From a virus (Duplodnaviria > Caudoviricetes), in IMG/VR virus record IMGVR_UViG_3300033076_001470, positions 4,933 to 68,932 of that record: a DNA stretch of 64,000 nt; one strand, written 5' to 3'. Below the pieces are notes generated by a model. The model was not told the DNA's origin. It searched no databases and worked only from the letters and a program-made list of their open reading frames with translations. The translations under genes were made by a program, and so were the position numbers. Below are positions 36,701 through 45,700 of the stretch, piece after piece (position 1 is the first letter of the stretch; each line of letters starts with the position of its first letter).

Positions 36701-39700
36701 TTGCCAGCCAGGCTTCCGTTGCCGCGCCGGTCAAAGTCTGATCAACCGCTGACTGCGCCGTGTGAGTTGTTTCGTGACGAACGGCTTGCTTGATCTCTCC
36801 TATCGCCTGTCCTGCCCGCTTGGTGACAATGGCGACGTCGCGACCGTTTGCGTCGGCATCGTCCGCTGCGGTGTCCAGTTCGGCTGCAATTCCGGTAAAC
36901 GCTCCGCCCGCTCGTTCTCGCATCGCGTCCGCAGTGTGACGGGCTGACTGTGAATCCAGCGTGAAATCTCCAGGAATTCCAGATACGCTTTCTCCGAATA
37001 CAGTCACCAGCGAATCGCGCACCAGCGCGTGTCCCCACTCGTTTAGATAAACTGTGCCCGGACGGTTTCGCGCCGGGCGATACTCCGCTGTCGCATTCGT
37101 TGCCAAATCGCTGACCGTGTACCGGCCAGTGAACGCAGCATCGCCGCGCCGCTCCGCAACTCTTGGCGCTTTGGTTTGCAGTGACACGCCCGACGGCAAT
37201 CCATCACCCCTCAACAAGGCGTCCACCATTTGCCGAGCGCCAGCCCCGTCTACCTGCACTTCCATGAAGCTGCCACGCTTGGCAAAATCCATTCCCGCCG
37301 CTTTCAGCAATGCTGAATTCAGGTAATACTTCCCGCCTCGCCCCTTGGCCGCAGGTACAGAAAACACATACCCATCAATCCCCTTGGAGATTGTCAGGTC
37401 ACCCGTGCGGTCGGTGACTTGCGCGCCGCGCCCCCCGTTGACCGCCGTCATCACCTCGTCCACGGTTTTCAGTCGCTGTTTTTGTTTTGCAATGGTTTCT
37501 GCCGGATCAAAGCTGGACGGCATCAAGATGCCCTGTCGAATTCCCCCTTCGTTGTTGGTGAAATTAACTATCTGGCCGTTGGGAGCCGCGCCGAACCCGG
37601 CAATCAGATTCCCGGTCACCATGTACCGATTCTCTTTTGTCGTTGCCAGCCCTTTATTAAAGGCTTCCAGTATTGGCAGTCTAACAAAATCGTCCTTGGC
37701 CGGATCGTACACTGTGGCGCTTTGCGCCGGGCGTACGACAATGCGATTAGTGCCGCCTTCACTTTCGTTGAAATCAATCTTCGACAATGCCACCGTCATT
37801 TGCCGCCGCGAATCAGCCAGCGCGACTGTCGCCCGCCATCCGCTCAGCGCTACGGGATTTGCGCGCTTTCCTTTCCGCTCGACACTTAGCACTACGCCAT
37901 ATCCGTTGGCGATCGAAACCGTCGCTCCCGGATACACGACGCCAGTAATTTGCCGCCAGCGGTTCAGCCACTTATCAGCGGCCAGTTGTTCCAGTTGCCC
38001 GCGCTTGCTGTCACCATGCTCTTCCTCCATCTTAAGCTTGAAGGCGTCAACCTCTCTACTAAGCCTGCGGCGCATTTCATGGATGCCCATTCGCCCCTCC
38101 GCTGCTAATTTTGCCAAATCTCCCGCGTCGCCCAGTGAGGCTTTCAGTTTTTCCATCACCTCGTCAGAGGTAAACGGCTTTCCTTGCCGATTGACGCTGA
38201 CGCGCTCCAAATTTGCCGCCTGCTCAAACAGGCTTGACCCTGACCCGGCCACCAGCGGCTGAGTTTTCAGTGTTTCCGCGTCCAGGTTGAGTGTTTTTGC
38301 TTCCAGCGCGTTTTCGCCCATTGCTTCGGCTTGGCGCAGCGCGTCTTCGTATTCGTCGGTTAACTCTTGGTACACGCGCTCTTGCTCGGCAATTGTCAGT
38401 AAAGGAACTCGCCCGGTCACTTTGCGCATCGCGTCTTCGCGTTCCAGCCCTTCGCTTCGTTCGGAATCTTTCAGCGGGTACCCCAAAGCTTCATGCAATT
38501 CAGGATTCGATTCCATCAAGCTGGCCGCCACTTCATCGCCGTATTTATTCAAAAAGTCTGGCACGTCTTTGGCCGTGACCGCGCTCGACCGGCTGGCAGT
38601 TGTGTTCGCGTTCAGGCTGGCCATTTTCTTTGCCAGCACTGCCGCCGGGCGAAGCTCTGCCGGAATGTCGGCGACCATCTGGGTATATCGCGGCGGGACG
38701 ACTTGGCCCGTGCGATGAACACGCCCCAACATTTGCATGTGGGTGTCAATGTTCTTTTCCGCCTGCGCAATGATCATGTGACGCCGACGTTGGTCTTTGA
38801 ATTTTTCGCTGGCGTGCAAGCTGATCCCAGTCGAACCTGACTGGTTCAAAATCAGAACGTCCATCGTGCCGTCATTGAACGCTGCAATAGTTCGCTTTTT
38901 GGCCGCCGTCGAAGTCTCTGATGCCGGGCGTGTTGCGTACGTCGCGCCGTCGCTTGTGTAATTGACAATATGACCTCGCCCTGTGATTTCACCCGTGCGA
39001 TACCCAGCATCGCGCAGCCGCTTGTGCAGCCAGTCAATTGGCGAAATTGGAATATCCAGGTTCAATCGTTCAAGAGTCTTGGCCGCCTGCTTGTAGGCTC
39101 TAACGCCTTCTTCTCCCAGTTCTTCGTCGCTTAAATAATGCCGGGTTTTTTCGCCATACGGCTTGCCAATCACTACCTCGCGCGACCGCTCCAAATATCG
39201 GTTCAGCAAATCGTTGAAAGACAAGTTAATTGGCGCACCTGGCTGTAATTCATTGTCTTCGGCAAACCGCTGGATAAAACTTCCCATCGTGTTTGCGACG
39301 GTAATAACGGGCTTTTCTCCGGCTTCCAGTGCGCGAATCGCCGTCTCTGCCGCCTGATCTGCTTTTAACGCAAGCAGCGATTGCTCAATCAAGTTGTGCA
39401 TCAGGCTGGTGAAATTGACCGAACTAACGCCCGCTTGCCCAACAGACCCGTCCACAGTAATGCGCTTCGCTTCGGCTTTTACGCGCTCGTTCAACGTCTT
39501 CAATGCCGCCTGCTTGATTCGATCAAACGCCGCAACTTCACGCATCGCCTTCGACACACTTTCCGCCGTTGTTCGATCCACTTTTGTCGGCGTTGGCGCA
39601 TATTCCACGCCTTTGAACGACCGCTCGCGGCGGATGTATTGCCCCGACTCTGCGAGCATTGAGGCAATGACCTGTTGCATTGGCACGCCGCCTTTTTGGG

Positions 39701-42700
39701 TAATCTCCGCCAGCTCGCCCAAATCGCCGACCGCCTTGCCCAATTCAGTGCGAAAGTACAAATCCATTACTTCAGGGCGCTTGGCGAATGTTGCCGACGA
39801 ATACAACACACCTTTCGCGTTTTTGGCCATCTCCCGCGCAAACTGCGCTCGATTGAATTGAGGCTTACCCTTTTCGTCCATCTCGACTTGTCCTGCCCCG
39901 CCCGCATTGTGAGATTCATCGAAAATCACAATGCCATTGTTTGCAAAACGGCGCAGCAAGTCGTGTCGTGCGCTCAGCCTGCCCTGAACGCTTTGCATTT
40001 GATTGTAGGTGGTGAAAATCACGTGATGGCCGCCCAGGTTTCCTGTTTCGGCAATTTGCCGAAGCGCCGCCTCGTGCGTCTTGCCTGCCTGAGTTTGCAA
40101 AAACTTGCCGCGCTTGGCTGGCGCTGGCCATCCCAACAGCTTAGCTTTTTCTGCGGCCCCGTACCATTCCAGCGCCTCATCGTCCAGTGGCACGTTTTCG
40201 CCCGCGTTGGTAATCAACGGCTTCAGATTTTCTGATCCAATGTCGGTCAAATCTCGGATCATGTCGCCATACAGTGTCGGCTTTTCGGTGACAAAAACAG
40301 GCGTCAGTTTTTGTCGGTTGGCGTATCGAATTACAGCCGCAACCACGCGCCCTTTACCAATGCCCGTCTGGTCTCCCAGAATCAGCGCGCCGCCTTGTTC
40401 AATATTGCGAATCGCCATTGCCACGGCGTCCACCTGTTCACCGCTCAGGTATTTTCCGATTTCATCAGGCTTGTAACCTAACCGGTCAGCGACATAATCA
40501 TCCAGATCGCCAACTTCCTCTTTCAGCCGCCGCAGAGAATTGTCCACCGCATTGGCCATATTCACCGGAACCAGCGTTCCAACTGAATACGAGCTGCTGG
40601 CAGGCTTGTAAGCGCGATGCGTGTCGGAGTCCGCTTCGGCGATTTCCTGGCTAGGTTTGGCTTGGAGCTTGGTTTGATCCTGCTTACTGGTATCTTTGCC
40701 TTGCGCCTGCGTCTGGAAGTCTTGGACAAATCGCAGGATGTACGGTTTCATCCGTTCTAGCTCTGTTTTAGTCGCGTTATAGACTTCCTTCAGATGAGTG
40801 AGCAGTCGGCGAATAACTTCGCGCACGTCCGTTGTCGCGTTTTTGAAGTGTGCAACCGCCGCTTCGAATAGCGGCTTCGCTTTCGCGTAAGATTCTTCGT
40901 CAAAGACCGGCCCGCTACCCAGCCGGTTCGGGTCACCAAACAGATCGAGCAGCCCTTTGGCAATATCATCCAGGCCAGCGACAGTCTCTTTGGCTGCCGA
41001 TTGTGCGACTTTTCTGGTTGTGTGTTGGCCTGATGCGCGCTTTGGCTTGTCTTTTTGGGTCAGCTCTTTGCCGCGAATGTCGGCAGCCTCAAGTAGCCAT
41101 ACCCTGTCGCTCTGTTTCAGAGTGTCAAGGAAACCGTTGTTTTCTTCCATCAAGTCCAGCAGCACGTCTAGCGTCTCAGCCGTCAACAACTTGTCCCGCA
41201 GTTCTGACACGCGCTCGCTGTTTGGTTTTTGCTTGGTTCCGGCGTGTCCCTCGCCTCCCAACTTGCTCACCACCGAGCGCGTTTCTTCCGGTGCTTCCGC
41301 AGTCAGCGCGCCATAGATGCTATCCACCTTGTCGGCCAGATCGGGACGCTTTTCTTTTAGATACTCAGCCAACGCCGCCAGCGCGGCGTCGTTGTCCATC
41401 ACGTGATTAAACTGCGCATGTAAATCTGCCGTCTTGTACGTGTCAACATATCGGCCAATAGTTTGATCAAATATCTGGCGATATTCTAGCGTCAATGCGG
41501 ATGGCTGTAGCTCAACGATCGGCGTCTTTGCGGGTTCCTCCCCGAATAGGTTCGCTTGCGCTACCCGCTGCCCGGATTCTGGCTGGAAGTGTGTATTGTA
41601 AGCTTTGATTGCCTCTTCGATTGCCGATTCTTTGCTGTTGGCCGTCATCCAGCGAGCATCGGGAGCAAACTTATATTGCCACGAGCCATTGTCGTATGGG
41701 CGCAGCAAGTTGACCTGTCGTAGCGCTTCCTCGCTGGGCTGAGCCGTCGCCGACTGCGGTGCAGGTTCATCGCCAAACAGATCATTAAGTTCTTCGTCAA
41801 AAATGGCATCCGCGCTTGATTTTGCGGCTTCTTTGGCTGTGCGCGGTGGCTGACCCACTGTCGGCTGGCTTGCGCTCTCATCGCGTAACGACCGCTTGTA
41901 GTCTTGAACCTCTTTATTCAAAGCCCTGACATCGGCATCAAACTGCTTCCGCGTGTAAGGCTTCTCGCCGCCAGGCACGGCATCGCCAAACAGTTTGGCG
42001 AATTCCTCGTCAAAGACGCCGCCTACGAAAGATGCTCGTCCAGTCCCAGCGTCAGCGCGCTGACCCACTGTTCCAGGTTGGTTTCCTCGATCAACTGCTT
42101 CGCGCGCAGATTGTCCTGACTCAGTATCATTCGCCCCGGAAACGCGCCCAGGTTGCTCAGCCGCTCCTGCAACTGGCTGTTGTTGAAGATTAGCCGGTTT
42201 AGCGCCTCGCTTTGGTCTCGCAGGCTCGGACGCTCGTCCAGTAGCCCCGCTTCTTCCAGTTGGTTTGTTAGATACAGCAGGCTCCACTCTTTGGGCATTT
42301 CCCACTGTTCGATCATCGCCTGAACTCGATCTTGCAGGTACGCCATATACGTCGGCATCGGCAACGGTGCGTCGGCTGGCGCTAGAATCGCGCTCACTCG
42401 CGGACAGTCCGCGCTCGCCCAGCCGAACATTGTCGGCTGCGACCGTCTCATTTTGACCGCTGCGGCTTGCAAGTTTTTCTCCTACCTCGTCCCAAGATCG
42501 AAGCGTTGCCGGAACGTCGGCGGCAGGCAATGCCCGCTGCGACCGACCGCGCCCCTCAATGACAATGACATCTACCGGCGAACCTGCGCCCTGCTTTTGG
42601 TACAGATCGCCCAAAACTGTAAAATGGTCGGTGACATTATACTGATTGTATAATGTGAAGTAAAAGCTTCTTTTTGCCCCGGCGTTGTACGCATTTGACC

Positions 42701-45700
42701 GCCCAGCATCACTATCCGCACGCGGAGCGCCAACAATCAAAACAGCTTTGCCGTCGTCTTTCATTGCCTTCAAGGCTTCAAAGGCAATCGCGTGATCAAT
42801 TTCTGAAGTCTGATATTTTCGATCAATTTCAAAGCGCAGCGTGTTCCCGGCTTCGTCTTTGACAATTCCAAACGGCGGATTGGCAATCACGCGATCAACC
42901 TTTTGATCCGGCTTCCACTCTGCTGCGTTGTGTTCGGTTACAGTTGCGCCCGGCAATAAATCGCGCACCGTCGCCGCACGCTCCGCGTTCAATTCGTTGG
43001 CGATGATCTTGCTTGGCTCCGCAGCCAACAGCAAAGCTGAATGACCGGCGCTTGGTTCATAAACTGTCGTCTGAGAACTGATCCCTGCCAATTCCGAGGC
43101 GACATACGCCAACGGCAGTGGAGTTGAATATGCTTGCTGTTTTATGCTGGTCGAAGTTCGCGCCGACAGGTTTGGCAGCCGATCATACAATTCCCGAATT
43201 GCCTGAAACGTTGCTTCGGGTGACTTTCCGTCCGCAACAATCTGTCGCGCAGCCAGCACAGCGCCCGCTTCAATCGCCTCGTCAACCTGCTTGGTTTCCA
43301 GTGATCCAGGCTTCACTTCGCGCCCGGTTTGTTCAGCAATAAATTTCCGCGCCTCGACAATATTGGCAAAACCTTTCCCGTCGGCTAGATGCGCGGCTAC
43401 AGCCTGCGCCAATTGTCCCCGCTCGCTTGTCGGTTTGATGGTTTCTCTTGGCGACTGCGGCTTAACAATGCTGACCCCAGCCTGATTGTCTGGATTGGCA
43501 ACGACAACGCGACCGTCAGCGGTTTCAGCTAAAACCGGTTTGCCATCAATTGCCGGGTTGGAATGGGTAACTGTTTTCGCGTCGCGTTCGCGGCTTTGGT
43601 ACCGCTCGCGCGCGGCAATTGCCCGCTCGTGCAGCTTTCGCACTTCCGCCATCCACGCGGACGACACGCCGGACGGATTTTTGTCCAGTGTTACGCTTGT
43701 CGCCTGAATAACCTGGTCAAGCTGAGACTTTCGGCCTTCACGGGAAGGGATTGCCAATCGGTCTAAGTCGGCGTTCTTGTATTCGTTGATAATTTCAACG
43801 TTCTGTCGGGCAGGAAGCCGATTTTCTTCGACTCGCTTGTGCCTGTTCCCACGGATTTTCGCCAATGGCCCGGCGTTTTCGCCAGCCGCGCGCAGTTCGT
43901 CAATATCTTCGGCTGAAACGCCCGTCCATTTTGTAAAGTCGTAAATTGTTTTTGGATCAATATCCACTTCGCCTTGCACGGCGCGCCGATACAAATCTTC
44001 GACTTCAGTCATGTAAGCGTCAAAGTCTTTATCAAAGACTTCAGACGGTCTGATTTTTAGGAGTTGACGTTCTCGCTGGGTTGGCTGCCTTGGCTGTCGG
44101 CTTGATCCTCTGCTTGGTTCTCCGCCAGCATTCTTTTCACTTTCCGGTGAACCGCGTCTAGTGCCCCCAGTTGCCGCATTTGCAGGCGAAGTTTTTGTGG
44201 AACGGACAGGCCTTCGCGCTCGGACGATCTCTCCGACTGTTTCTGCACTGATCCCGTATTCATCGGCAATCCTGTTGAATTCATTGAATGCATTATTGTC
44301 TCCCTGCGCTGCCTGTTCAAGCAAATTTACAATCTCAGCATCGCTGAAAATTCTTTCTATCGCGTACACTTCGCGCTCAGTTTCAAGATCATCAAAAAAC
44401 GTGTCCAGGGCTGTGACTTCACGAACAACTTCGTCTCGCTGCGGCTTCGGCAACCGCTCAGCGTCCGCCAGCACTTCTGCGCGCTTGTCGTCAACGCTCT
44501 TAATCGCTTGCTGAACGGTGTCCATCGAAAGCCCTTGCCCTTCCCAGAACGCTTTCTCGCCGTGCCAGTTCAGGGCATAGGCCACCATCGCATCAACGTG
44601 ACGCTGCTCAATTCCGGCCTTTGCCGCATCTTCCGTGATCCAGTCAATGGCGTCGTTGAACGCTTCCGAGGTTGGCTCGTTGTCGTAAAGCGCGCGCTCC
44701 GGCTCTACATTTCGCCGCTCTAATTCGTCATACGGCGAAAACGAAACCAGCCCGACGCCCGGTTCAAACACGCCCGCCCTCATTGATCGAATGTCGGCAT
44801 CGCTGCCGTACTTCATGACCTCGTCAGAAGTCGCAGCGGCACGCTTCACCCAGGAATCACCTTCGTCTGACTCCCGCGCATAATCCGCAATCGTTTTTCT
44901 CTGCGGTGGTCGGTTGTCGGTGGCCGGTAGTTGATTGCCAACGGCCTCGCTTTCCGTCTCCGGCGAAGCCTCAGCCTGCCATTGGTCAAAGAATTCCCCA
45001 ATAGAACCGGCTGGCCGCGCGCTGCGCCCGCTCCGCATTTCACCTTCAATCGCCTGGAATAAATCGTCAACGGTTGAATCTTCCGGCAAGTATCCGGCTT
45101 CAACCATTGCCTCGCGCATCCTGTCGGGAGCCAATCCGCCTCTGTTATTGACCAGTCCAGTCGTTCCAGACTCCTTTACTCCTAGCCGTCGCAGCTCGCC
45201 CGGAGAAATCGAATCGTTGGCGATTCCGCCTGCTCGTCGAATTGCGGTCAACATTGGCGTCGAATCTTCTTCGACATCGCCAATGGTCGGCACAGCACGG
45301 TCGAACATTGCGCCCGGCTCGTAAAAGCTCTGCACCGGAGGCGTGCCGCCTTCTGGATTGCTGACGGCGTCCGGTCGAAACAGTGGCGGCACGGCCTGCG
45401 TGACCGGCACTTTTTGGCCGCGTTGCTGCTTTCGCAAATCACCAATGCGGTTGCCGATCTGTCCCTGAAACCGATTCAAGTCTGCTTTGATATTTTGTGA
45501 CTCCGGCGTTCGCGCCAGATACCGCACGGCGTCACGCAATTGATTTTGCTGGACAGTTAACTCGTTGATCGCTTCAGCAATCAGTCCTTGATTCAGGTAT
45601 TCTTGATGGCGACGACCGGCTGTGTCGGCTGCCTGCAACGCGGCTGAGTGCATTTGCATTTGCTGCAATTCGTTTTCCGCAGACTTCCGCGCCTTTTCGT

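Noticed and set aside
41645-45445. Other minus-strand alternative-frame ORFs in the giant gene (41645-41881, 43763-43960, 44846-45103, 45248-45445)
   Set aside because: Their R/S/P/C-rich shadow-like composition is unlike the three accepted nested ORFs, and I noticed no convincing SD.
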